Shown here in pieces: positions 49,401 through 57,693 of a stretch of DNA of 64,000 nt. This DNA is from a virus. Its lineage: Duplodnaviria; Caudoviricetes. The first letter of the stretch is position 1, and each line of letters starts with the position of its first letter. A program made the translations under genes and the position numbers. Where the stretch lies: positions 128,001 to 192,000 of IMG/VR virus record IMGVR_UViG_3300030419_006251; one strand, written 5' to 3'. The notes under the pieces were generated by a model that saw only the letters and a list, made by a program, of their open reading frames with translations, was not told the origin of the DNA and made no database searches.

Positions 49401-52400
49401 TGCAAACGGAGGAGAAATCATTGCTACGATATTTGCGGCGCTTTGCGAATTTACTCGACCAAGCTGATCAAATGTTGTTTCATATACTTCGCCCGTTGGT
49501 TGACCTCCTATCGTAACTTCTCCGCTGACACTAGCATCTTCAAGCTCAGGATAATCTACCAACACCTCTTCCCGGGGAACGCCCATAGTCATTAACATTA
49601 ATACTGCAGATTGTGTGTCGGCGCCCATATCAGAAAACCTTGCATCACCGCTAGCAAGTTGTTGAAATGCTTCGCGTACTCCTGGCTGTGATATTGCGGC
49701 TCTAATAGCCGGGTCTAAAGTACTAGGATCACTTTCAAATATTTGTTGATATAAGTCGCTCGTATTAACTCGCGGTCTATCCTCACCAAAAATAGTATCT
49801 AGAGCAGTGGTCGCATATCTGTTGAAGGCAGTATCTGCAATATATTCTCTATCAAAAGCTTCACCAGTAAATGCTCTTGTTTGAGACATAAACTGTGCTC
49901 TTCTTCCTGCAAGAGATGTTGAAATATTATCATTAAAAGTGAGGTAAATTTCATCTGCCCTTTGTTCGCTATTATAACTTAAAATATTTTGCTCGCCACA
50001 AATATAATCAGCGCCGTCAGCTAAACCGGGTGTATATTGATTTGTTGATGTTCTGTGCACCGCGCCAAGCTCTCTTATTCCGCCGCTTTTTTTACTTGAG
50101 GTTTGGCCGGCCGAGAAACCACTTACAGAAGGATTATAACAATTTATATTATTAACCAGTTCATTATAAGCAATTGCTGCATCAGAACCCTGTCTTTTAT
50201 CAAACAAGTCTGGTCCGAAGGCTAGATTCCGTGCTTCAGGGTTTGACCAGTAGGAAGCGGGAATATCTATGCCGGCCTCATGTGCTTTAGTATATGCAGG
50301 AATATTTGCCGCGGCAACACCTTCTTCTCGAAAACGCGCCAACGCTTCTTCATCTTGGTTGGCTATAGCTCCCTGAACGCCACCAATTGTTATATTTTGA
50401 GTTCCCGGAGTGTCAGGATCCGCGTCCCACCACGGTATTTCTATGCCCTCTCGATCTCCTGCCATGTCAGCCGCGGCCATAGAGCCCCAAATGCCTGCCC
50501 GGGCCAAATCACCAGCAGACAGAACACCTCTAGTAAGGTTGGTAACTCTTCCGGCACCTTCTCCGGTAGCGTGCCTCGCGAGACCGGTCCATCCGCGGCT
50601 TCCGGGCATAACGCGACTAGAATGAATTCCTCCTCTTTCTAATGCCCGGGCAGTCGATCCGCGAGTACCTGTTGCGAGGCCTCTACCTCCTGTTTGGCCT
50701 AAAAATCGTGTTGCAGACTCCGAACCTTTCGTAGCTAATTGACTTGCTGCCGGCGTCATTCGAATAACATTTCCACCTCCTACCGCTGCACCACCTGCTG
50801 CTGTTCCTCCTCTGCTGGCAGCCACTCCTCCACGGCCGACCACTCCTAACTTTCCAACCGCCAGTGGCCCAAGGTTAAGAGCTGTTTGGCCTGCAACATC
50901 ACCCATCATACTCCAGAAAGGATCACCCTCTTCATCAAGCTCCCAGTGAGCAGATTGTCGCTCTAGATCGCCAATTAAGTTACCTCCCAGGTCTTCTATA
51001 GCGCCGGCATATAAATCACTACCATATTCAATTTCTCCGCTAGCTAATTGTCGAGCCAAGCGCCGCTGCCCAGCATCGTATTGTTCGCGTTCGGTACTAA
51101 TGAGATTCTCAATCTCATCGTCATCCGTTACCATGTGGTACGCCGCGGTACCGAGCATTTCTCCGCCGGCCACGAAGGCGCTTGGAGAGCATGTAGTGTT
51201 AGTTGGAACAAAATTTTGCCAGCTGTACCAGCTACATTCTTCGGTTAATAAATCTTTATTCTCGGTTAGAATTTTACTGTTTGCTTTCTTATTTTCTTCA
51301 AATTTGCTCGCGTCTATAGTAAAAGGATCAATACCAGCCAGCTTCATCATTCTTTGGGCTTCATTTAAAGTAATTTTTTTATTCTTTTTAATTTTAGTAT
51401 TTGAAGGTTTTTTATCTTTCATATGAGGTTTTCCTTTGGTATTATTAATCGCTTGCTGAACTGCCGCCCTTATTTGTAATTCTTCCGATAATGTTAATGA
51501 TTCCGATAGTCCTGTACCATCTCCCTCTTCTTCCCAATAAAACTTTATTCGTTTATCGATGGACTCCAACTGCTTTGCCAATTCATCTATAAGAGATATT
51601 GCTTTAGGATCAGGCCGGCCGGCCGCGTCTCCGGGAAACGCACCGCTATTAATTAGTGCTTTTTTAAAGTCTACTATATCAATATATGGACTTGTAGCCA
51701 AAACTTGCTTTACTGTCCTATATAGTATGCCCTTATTTACACTAGCGTTATTTGGAAATCCAGCATTTTTTAAAGCTCTTGATATCTGAGAATTATTAAG
51801 CTGCACTGTTCTTGTCGGCGCGCCACTGCTTAAATCTGGCGCTGGTGCCTGTTGTGTCTCAATGCCAGGATCAATATTCTCAACTTTATACCAATTAAAC
51901 TTTTTTTCTGGGTCTCCGCCAGGAATGGGCCCAAAATTATTTCTTCCTAAATTACCTTTCCCTTCTATAACCTCTAAAATTTTAAATATTTCGGATGTAG
52001 AATATCCATATACTGCTATGCTCAATTCTTCAGCTGTTATTATTGGTTTTTTCCAGTTATCTATTACCTGTTTTGCTGTAGATAAATGTTCAGGATTTAT
52101 AGAAGCTTCTTCGGGCTCTGCAGGCTGGCCGTCCTCATCCCAATCAACCTCAACTGGCAAAGTAGAGGGACTTGCTCTGGGATCTGGCCTGTCAGTAATA
52201 CTTGCAGGAGGTGTTCCTGTAGGGGCTTCACTTGAATCTATAGGAAATCCATAATATTCTTCTGCGCTTAGTGATTCTGGCGGCGTTTCTACCTTAAGGC
52301 TTTCAGGTCCAGGCTCAGGTTCAACTGGATCTTCGCCATAGCCTTGCTTATTAATGATATCTGAATATTTTCTATAGATATTCATTTTTTTATTCATATT

Positions 52401-53246
52401 AATTTCATCTTCATATAAAGCAGAATAGAATGCTTTTTTAAGCTGCTCTTTGCCTTTATGTAGAAAGATCCACTTGATCCAACCTTGCACATTATCCGGA
52501 AATCTTTTAGTTTCCGATTCTTCATTTAATATTCTTAAAATTGTTTCGAAAAGATCATCACTATCATCGTCATCTTTTTTCTTTTTCTCTGTTCCGGATA
52601 CAGAAATATCATCGCCCTGCCCTTCTGGTTGTGGTCTTCTATCCCAATGTGGGCCAGGGTCTTCTTCATTATAGTGTTCTTGAGATTTTTCCTTAAGATC
52701 AACATTTTTAAGACTATAATTATAGCCAAGAGAAGACGGATTAATCCCAAGAGGACTCCAACCTTTCCGGCCGGCCCGTTTGGCCATCAAATCCTCAATA
52801 ACGCCTTCGTTTAAAGTCCACTGTTGTTTCTGCTTATATTCATCTTCCCAGTCTCGAAAGCATAAGTTACCCAACTCATAAGCTTCTCGCTCCATCTCTC
52901 GCAAATGATCGTCTTCTTGAGCATACCCTAAGCTCATTTCGCCGATATCATCGAACATTCCATTGCAATTTTGTGTATGGTGTACTAATTCGTGTGAAAG
53001 AGAGCGTAATATATCTTTTATATGTCTTCCGTCGACAAAAATACTAATAGCCATCTCACCTGGGTCATAATAGCCAGTTTTTCCAAGAGGATTTAGAGAA
53101 TTTTCTTCATCTGAAAGCAACGAAACAGAGACAGGTTCAGAAAAACCCATAACAGATTGTGCATGAGGCAAAAATTCGTTTGCTAAATCGATTAAATCAG
53201 TTAAATCGATATCAGATTCATTAGTTATATCAACATTACAGGGCAT
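46425..53246 (-). CDS. 2273-aa protein with an N-terminal HExxH metallopeptidase; putative internal/ejected virion protein
   Basis: RSLSHELVHHTQN...EREAY at the N-terminus; many LxE motifs, AQRMMKLAGI, and a Gly-rich hydrophobic segment. Confidence 0.6.
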   Translation of the reverse strand: MPCNVDITNESDIDLTDLIDLANEFLPHAQSVMGFSEPVSVSLLSDEENSLNPLGKTGYYDPGEMAISIFVDGRHIKDILRSLSHELVHHTQNCNGMFDDIGEMSLGYAQEDDHLREMEREAYELGNLCFRDWEDEYKQKQQWTLNEGVIEDLMAKRAGRKGWSPLGINPSSLGYNYSLKNVDLKEKSQEHYNEEDPGPHWDRRPQPEGQGDDISVSGTEKKKKDDDDSDDLFETILRILNEESETKRFPDNVQGWIKWIFLHKGKEQLKKAFYSALYEDEINMNKKMNIYRKYSDIINKQGYGEDPVEPEPGPESLKVETPPESLSAEEYYGFPIDSSEAPTGTPPASITDRPDPRASPSTLPVEVDWDEDGQPAEPEEASINPEHLSTAKQVIDNWKKPIITAEELSIAVYGYSTSEIFKILEVIEGKGNLGRNNFGPIPGGDPEKKFNWYKVENIDPGIETQQAPAPDLSSGAPTRTVQLNNSQISRALKNAGFPNNASVNKGILYRTVKQVLATSPYIDIVDFKKALINSGAFPGDAAGRPDPKAISLIDELAKQLESIDKRIKFYWEEEGDGTGLSESLTLSEELQIRAAVQQAINNTKGKPHMKDKKPSNTKIKKNKKITLNEAQRMMKLAGIDPFTIDASKFEENKKANSKILTENKDLLTEECSWYSWQNFVPTNTTCSPSAFVAGGEMLGTAAYHMVTDDDEIENLISTEREQYDAGQRRLARQLASGEIEYGSDLYAGAIEDLGGNLIGDLERQSAHWELDEEGDPFWSMMGDVAGQTALNLGPLAVGKLGVVGRGGVAASRGGTAAGGAAVGGGNVIRMTPAASQLATKGSESATRFLGQTGGRGLATGTRGSTARALERGGIHSSRVMPGSRGWTGLARHATGEGAGRVTNLTRGVLSAGDLARAGIWGSMAAADMAGDREGIEIPWWDADPDTPGTQNITIGGVQGAIANQDEEALARFREEGVAAANIPAYTKAHEAGIDIPASYWSNPEARNLAFGPDLFDKRQGSDAAIAYNELVNNINCYNPSVSGFSAGQTSSKKSGGIRELGAVHRTSTNQYTPGLADGADYICGEQNILSYNSEQRADEIYLTFNDNISTSLAGRRAQFMSQTRAFTGEAFDREYIADTAFNRYATTALDTIFGEDRPRVNTSDLYQQIFESDPSTLDPAIRAAISQPGVREAFQQLASGDARFSDMGADTQSAVLMLMTMGVPREEVLVDYPELEDASVSGEVTIGGQPTGEVYETTFDQLGRVNSQSAANIVAMISPPFATITEQRREFTNQLRTYAVQSGLYQAEDLSDLDDAQILENTELLTSASEDPRYGPALRRIINTEVIGSADPSANLIESRAEEFERVEMLHRMNQLLLMKSATARELAGESRTVADLNDACSLAMSNMGLSTPESVGCIANDAAPEGVDTDGNPDTPNEPMYRPFMPEDILRPPEHASEFEQEYFTALSETELGAGFVDIMGDMVLYRDHYDVDPETGEAQPISTTQYLIDYGGVYSEGRTTAHIGHHLGFFNQGRENHEQLNSYRDIVFEFVANFTPRGDMLDPDRATAYSTSLLSSWSLDESDPENRERPWAPAPGEVDPETGIAAAPTNVVEIQGIGLVDADMVKHAGRSLYETIMMSAIGDPGAGVLGEEGIATQMEFRLNMLRRWQEAGLLPDDHDGDGVADIDIAQTALQVRTLRQGEHYTILYHNAGGDVGMIPTIGAGVMDLMGLGGPTEFRADASSQPVRRGPMASDEEMISIYDESIELHGGSGENYAAGLQTKYGDQPLFTLGSDTIPEGENIPMTSVEMALGGLDPIGNASDFISYWYNYVATEDEKVLWDGYSQVLEDQAVHGRRKDMLHGKFGDDIAATFYRGWWDPKRGADAETQRWMLQYAPELLYATESLRDARPLIGNIEGLEDMPSPAEAIVAAMWAQLPSSQTGEDITRMAQGGGTPGAPLIGSQEGEYRLVTQADGSMRRERIPAHLRGQQPETVPINDVWYGPGAESRGRRYVVVGGNPEAPDSVERYRASRAGISLEDWLANNSEAASEGNPETSSVNPRYTNTQGNVVGSLNAQTEVDSAAQAALAETFASDANMFRWEIEQGGTRDRTKFYIQDTGPQGLVIGDVVQIGFYNPHTNVINVFPGDLMASATGVRGATGGIPDSFFDSESGEWQRSLNALIEAWNLTEPPEIRFMRPEENRTGTTGQSGVPKRDLRENRNYNRIYSEDPIKQLIIEQVNKAFVGKSIRLSRTNLESVIREQIIAKLKGAK

Positions 53247-53256
53247 TATATAATAA

Positions 53257-53535
53257 TTAGTTGCTTTTTTTGCGTTTGGAAAGTAATTTTAACCTAATAA
53301 TAAGTACTTCTTGTTCACTGTATCCGTCACCTTGCAAAAAAAAGACCCGTGCATACGCAACGGGCCTTGAGCCTTTTATCTTAGTATAAAATTCTTTTAT
53401 AATTCCATAATTGTTTTTTGAATGTTTACCTAAGTCTTTCCATGTTACTAAATCGCCAATACATAAATCATCAGCAAACTTAATTCCAAGCGCTTTTTCT
53501 TTCTTTTCTTCGATGCCGCTCATAATACAGTACAT
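53257..53535 (-). CDS. Small SH3-like hypothetical protein
   Basis: LCIGDLVTW...YGII. Confidence 0.55.
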   Translation of the reverse strand: MYCIMSGIEEKKEKALGIKFADDLCIGDLVTWKDLGKHSKNNYGIIKEFYTKIKGSRPVAYARVFFLQGDGYSEQEVLIIRLKLLSKRKKSN

Positions 53536-53613
53536 TAAAATACACGCCGGCGCTTATAATAGCTACCGCACCTATAAATAGACCATATTCAATTGTCTTA
53601 TGTATTTTTTTTC

Positions 53614-53820
53614 TCATATTCCAATTCCATATAATATAAGATATCGCTCGTCTGATTCTATGATTCCGCCTTTCCGTGTCAATACTTTGCATCGCCGGCT
53701 TATCTGATCTAACTCAAGCAATAGACCAACAATACTACCATAAGTTGTCCGAATTTCAACTAAATTACCAATTTCAAATATCATTTTGAATGCTTGTCCG
53801 CAATTGATGAAGACGCCCAC
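53614..53820 (-). CDS. Small SH3-like hypothetical protein
   Basis: FEIGNLVEI...VGLL; probable start at MIFEIG. Confidence 0.5.
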   Translation of the reverse strand: MGVFINCGQAFKMIFEIGNLVEIRTTYGSIVGLLLELDQISRRCKVLTRKGGIIESDERYLILYGIGI

Positions 53821-54248
53821 GAATCCGGCTTGACTTTACACGAAAATCCGCTACTTTTAGCATATCCAGTCAACATATCGGAATATTGCGCAGTTGCTCC
53901 TTCAGCGGTGGACGCCCCAATATCTAAATGCAATTCAATATTGGCTTTTGGACAATCTTCATGTATTTTAAGCGCAAAATAAATTGTTTTTTCGACTTCA
54001 GCCATAATTCTAGACAACAGTACTTTAAACTTTTTTGCGCTAGGCTTATTTTTTTGTATAAAATACCTTCCACCCTCAAGTTTTCCACCATGAAGACATA
54101 TAGCAGTAGCGAACACACAGTGTTTTTTTGTTAAAAAAGAATCAGTACCAATATACACAGTACCACCAGCTTTCGTGTGGTTTTCGACAACTTTAATTAA
54201 GTCCTTATACTCTATTTCATATCCCGTACCGGTATACCAAATACTCAT
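53781..54248 (-). CDS. RNase H-like YkuK/DUF458-family protein
   Basis: VYIGTDS, FATAI, IELHLDI, KPDSWASSSIAD. Confidence 0.75.
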   Translation of the reverse strand: MSIWYTGTGYEIEYKDLIKVVENHTKAGGTVYIGTDSFLTKKHCVFATAICLHGGKLEGGRYFIQKNKPSAKKFKVLLSRIMAEVEKTIYFALKIHEDCPKANIELHLDIGASTAEGATAQYSDMLTGYAKSSGFSCKVKPDSWASSSIADKHSK

Positions 54249-54266
54249 ACTATTAATATATAGCGT

Positions 54267-55307
54267 TTAAACGGTCATGTCAACAGTATTTTCAAGTTCT
54301 TTAAGGGCGTCTTCCATATTTTTTTCAACATCTTCCATTTCCGCATCAAAATTAGCATCCGCCACAGCGCCCTCGCCGGTTATCATGCCTTCTTCTTCAT
54401 TAGGCAACTCAGTTTCAATATCCCCTTCTCCCGCTGCAGCCGCGGCTGCATCGGTATTTTGTGCGTCAATGGTGTCGTCGTCTGGCATAAACTCATCCAT
54501 ATCCATTTGCTCTTTTATTCCAGCTATTTTTCTCCATCGGCGGAGAGTTGACTCTTCAATCGGCTCATCAGTAGCTACAGGAATTCCAGGAACGCCGGAA
54601 ATTTTTCCATCTTCATGGTCACTTAATGTATCAACACCAAAGACTTCCTTATCAGAAGACTTAGCTTCTTCTTTCAATAACTGTAATAACTCTTGTCTGA
54701 TTATTTGTTCAAGCGTTTTCTCTTTCTGTGTTTTTGGGATGGACTCGGTTGCAGCTGCGCGGACGGCTTCAGGCGTCTCTTCGCCTCGCTCAAAGGCATC
54801 CATGGCTGACTTCATATCTCTAACCTCACTCGGAGATCGACCGCCGGGGAGCCAGCCGCCCATTTTATAGTCGGCGGACCGATACCGACGGGAACGCAGA
54901 CCTGTATCCCCCGTGTCTCCGGTGTCTCCTGTGTCTTGTTCATTCAAAGAATCGACAACGGATTTAGGCCTTCGCTGACCGCGGAAGCGTTGTATGGGTT
55001 CTCCCAATTCGTCGACACCTTCTTTTTCGTGAGGCCCTAGGGATTCGACAAAATGATGTTTTAAACCGGGCGGGTCGATACATCCACCAGAATCAGATTC
55101 GACGCATGTTTGTTCACGGCCGGCCGCCGGTTCTGGCATTGTCGCGGATCCGCCTCGTGCACCCATGCCTTGTGTAAATCCAGCTTCGACGCCGTTACGG
55201 TGCATGCCCGCGCCCCTAGCTTCGCGTAAAATTTTTCTTTTGTTAGCTAATAATTCTTCGCGGATAATTTTTTCTACTTGTTGCCTACGCTTACTTTCTC
55301 TACTCAT
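54267..55307 (-). CDS. Acidic putative internal head protein
   Basis: VEKIIREELL, LEQIIRQELLQLLKEE, LRRWRKIAGIKE; GDT x3 repeat. Confidence 0.55.
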   Translation of the reverse strand: MSRESKRRQQVEKIIREELLANKRKILREARGAGMHRNGVEAGFTQGMGARGGSATMPEPAAGREQTCVESDSGGCIDPPGLKHHFVESLGPHEKEGVDELGEPIQRFRGQRRPKSVVDSLNEQDTGDTGDTGDTGLRSRRYRSADYKMGGWLPGGRSPSEVRDMKSAMDAFERGEETPEAVRAAATESIPKTQKEKTLEQIIRQELLQLLKEEAKSSDKEVFGVDTLSDHEDGKISGVPGIPVATDEPIEESTLRRWRKIAGIKEQMDMDEFMPDDDTIDAQNTDAAAAAAGEGDIETELPNEEEGMITGEGAVADANFDAEMEDVEKNMEDALKELENTVDMTV

Positions 55308-55340
55308 TGAATAGTATGCCTCCGTTGCATATAATTAGTT

Positions 55341-55481
55341 TTATTTTAGTCTTTTGGCAATAATTGCTAGCAAAATTATAACAGAAGCCTCGAAGCCAAT
55401 AGCCCAGTAGCCAAAAAGGATTAACGCAAACCACAACGCGTCACGCAATAGCGGGTTAATAACTTGGTCCAAGGGCTCCAT
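55341..55481 (-). CDS. 46-aa membrane protein (below the ORF-track cutoff)
   Basis: Manual translation: MEPLDQVINPLLRDALWFALILFGYWAIGFEASVIILLAIIAKRLK*. Confidence 0.5.
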   Translation of the reverse strand: MEPLDQVINPLLRDALWFALILFGYWAIGFEASVIILLAIIAKRLK

Positions 55482-55795
55482 TAATTAAAGCCTAGGTCTA
55501 TTATTTCATCTCCAGGCACCATAAAATACTGGCCTTGAAGATTGACAACATGATATCTACCATCTTTATCTGGTTCAAGCGGTAATACATATACTTCCGT
55601 CCCCCGGCTAATGGTAATAATGCGGCGCTTTTCCGGTGCAAAGTAATATCCGGGCCCGCTTCCACTTATTACTTGATAGGGTACAAGATCGGTACTACCC
55701 TTCCTCTTAGAACCAGCTTTCATAAGGTTCTTGATATAATCATTAATATCATATGATCCGGATATTGACAGTGCCACTTGTTTATCTCCAATCAA
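55481..55795 (-). CDS. Hypothetical protein
   Basis: 104-aa ORF in a co-oriented run. Confidence 0.55.
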   Translation of the reverse strand: MIGDKQVALSISGSYDINDYIKNLMKAGSKRKGSTDLVPYQVISGSGPGYYFAPEKRRIITISRGTEVYVLPLEPDKDGRYHVVNLQGQYFMVPGDEIIDLGFN

Positions 55796-55816
55796 AAGTA
55801 ACTATAACGCTAAGCA

Positions 55817-56080
55817 TCAAATATCATATTTCTGCGCATTTTTCTGTGCAGCCTTAGCCACCAAGTCTAGCGAATGATCTGCATACCAGTGTTGGCCAAC
55901 CTTATCCATTCGCTGAATCAGATATAGTTCATGCGCGAAATAGCTATGCGTATGTGGCGGGTCTGGCCTCTCTATTATGCGCAATACTATACCTAGGCCG
56001 GCATCCTTAACAATATCACCATCGGCATAATAGTCAAACCACTTAACCAAATCGCCTACATCTACCTTCTCACTCTGCAT
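55817..56080 (-). CDS. Small SH3-like hypothetical protein
   Basis: VDVGDLVKW...GIVL; promoter TTGTAA-17-TATATT at 56118-56090. Confidence 0.6.
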   Translation of the reverse strand: MQSEKVDVGDLVKWFDYYADGDIVKDAGLGIVLRIIERPDPPHTHSYFAHELYLIQRMDKVGQHWYADHSLDLVAKAAQKNAQKYDI

Positions 56081-56112
56081 ATCACCTACAATATAACATA
56101 TTATTCATATCT

Positions 56113-56445
56113 TTACAATTTTTTCTGGGAATTTTTTGGCAACTTGGCCCTCGACAATAACTTAAGTTCTTTACGAAGGTATAGCCCGGGCTTTATATCT
56201 CTATCTAACCACTTCACTTTAAGATATATGTTATTCCTAACCTCGATTACTATACCTGCACCATCTATAATCCTTAAGTCTTCCGGAATCGGATCGACAT
56301 ACTGCACTAAATCGCCTACTCTAATCAGTTCAAGCTGCACTTCCGGTTCTTTTACTTTCACTCTTTTAATTAGCGAGAATGTAAAAATCTGGAAAAATGG
56401 CTTAGGGATCGCGAATGTATCTGCGCGCAGCTTAAGAATCCCCAA
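56113..56445 (-). CDS. Small SH3-like hypothetical protein
   Basis: IRVGDLVQY...GIVIEV; true start uncertain. Confidence 0.5.
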   Translation of the reverse strand: MGILKLRADTFAIPKPFFQIFTFSLIKRVKVKEPEVQLELIRVGDLVQYVDPIPEDLRIIDGAGIVIEVRNNIYLKVKWLDRDIKPGLYLRKELKLLSRAKLPKNSQKKL

Positions 56446-56459
56446 TGATTCCGCGGACT

Positions 56460-57035
56460 TAGATTCCCCGGAGGGGGAGGGGGGGTACCTGGTAAGTGCT
56501 TGTTATTGCTTGGGTTTTGTGTAGCATATACATTGTTATACGGTGTTAAATGTATGTCAAGTCTTTGTTAGTACTGTGTAGTATATTCTTTTACTTGTTC
56601 TTTACATTTATTCTTTTATTACCCTCGTTAAATGTTTCACTCCTCCGTAACACAGGTTATACCTGCCATATGCTGTCGCATGTATCACATACTGTAGCAT
56701 ATATTCTTTTATACCCCTCGGCGTATACCTTTTGATACGGTAGATGCGCCGCGTATACTTTATGATACGGTGGCTTGTAGCATGTGTCGCATGTATTTGT
56801 TACACTGATGCATTTATTACCCTCGCTCATATTGGGCTTGTAACCTGCGTTATCGTGTCGCATAAATATACATTAAATGTTACACCGTATACTTTATGAT
56901 ACGGACAATAAATGACTTGACAAGCAAGGCGTATATGTACTAGTTCCTTCCCCTGGTTTGCTCCCTTCTCATTAAATGTTAATACATGTATACAATGTTG
57001 CAACTATTATACGATCAGATGGTAGTACCCCTAAG
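56460..57035. repeat. Non-coding region with several interspersed short repeat families
   Basis: (C/G)CGTAT-N8-ATACGG x3, TTA(T)TAC(C)CCTCG x3, TGTCGCAT x3, TTAAATGT x4; G-run at ~56471-56485. Confidence 0.7.
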
Positions 57036-57039
57036 ACAT

Positions 57040-57318
57040 TTATACTTCATGTAGTACGGCACTGAGGGATTGCATTAAAGCTACTGCAAGTTGTTCACTC
57101 TCTGTAGACAATGTAGACAATCCTGTTACACTTTTATTATCATTGGCCTCGGTGGTTTTCCGTTGCAACTCATTGAGCCCGTTAGCTAGTGTCACAAAGG
57201 TGGCAGACAAAGCGAGGTTGTCACCGAATGCCATGGCTCTGCAAGTGTGTCGCTCAAAGAGTGTAACATTATTTATAACTGGAATACCCTTGATCATATC
57301 CTCTTCTGTGTAATACAT
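57040..57318 (-). CDS. Hypothetical protein
   Basis: RBS-like AGGAGAG upstream; 92 aa. Confidence 0.45.
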   Translation of the reverse strand: MYYTEEDMIKGIPVINNVTLFERHTCRAMAFGDNLALSATFVTLANGLNELQRKTTEANDNKSVTGLSTLSTESEQLAVALMQSLSAVLHEV

Positions 57319-57693
57319 TTACTTTATTCTCTCCTTTATACCCTCGATGTGTTTGCATTTACGACGATAGCTATACCCAATGCAAGTACAACTGAAAAAA
57401 ATCTGGCGCGAATCGCTCTGATACTCGGTCACGATATATTCACTCCCTCTCGACCCCATCACCTTCCACTCTCGACCCTCGCGCGGGGCGGCTGGCTGCT
57501 TCTCTCGGCGCTTCACCACCATGTATCGGGGCAAGTCCTCAAAGGTGGTGCTCGGAGGCACTGAGAGCCATTCTGAGCCGCTGACTGCATAAGTGCCTGA
57601 TGGTAGTCTCGTGATGCACGGAGGCCAGTCAACCTCGATGGGGCTGACCGGCGGAGTGTGCAAAGGTTTATTATCAATCGCAGTCAATGGCAA
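57319..57693 (-). CDS. SWIM zinc-finger protein
   Basis: FSCTCIGYSYRRKCKHI (CxC-x7-CxH). Confidence 0.72.
   Translation of the reverse strand: MPLTAIDNKPLHTPPVSPIEVDWPPCITRLPSGTYAVSGSEWLSVPPSTTFEDLPRYMVVKRREKQPAAPREGREWKVMGSRGSEYIVTEYQSDSRQIFFSCTCIGYSYRRKCKHIEGIKERIK

Noticed and set aside
54898-54940. GDTGDTGDTG tandem repeat
   Set aside because: Short low-complexity coding repeat in a disordered linker; not a CRISPR or regulatory array.
56657-56863. 68-aa ORF with CxxC motifs in the repeat island
   Set aside because: Its sequence is a by-product of the TGTCGCAT and CGTAT repeats, and it has no RBS; probably non-coding.
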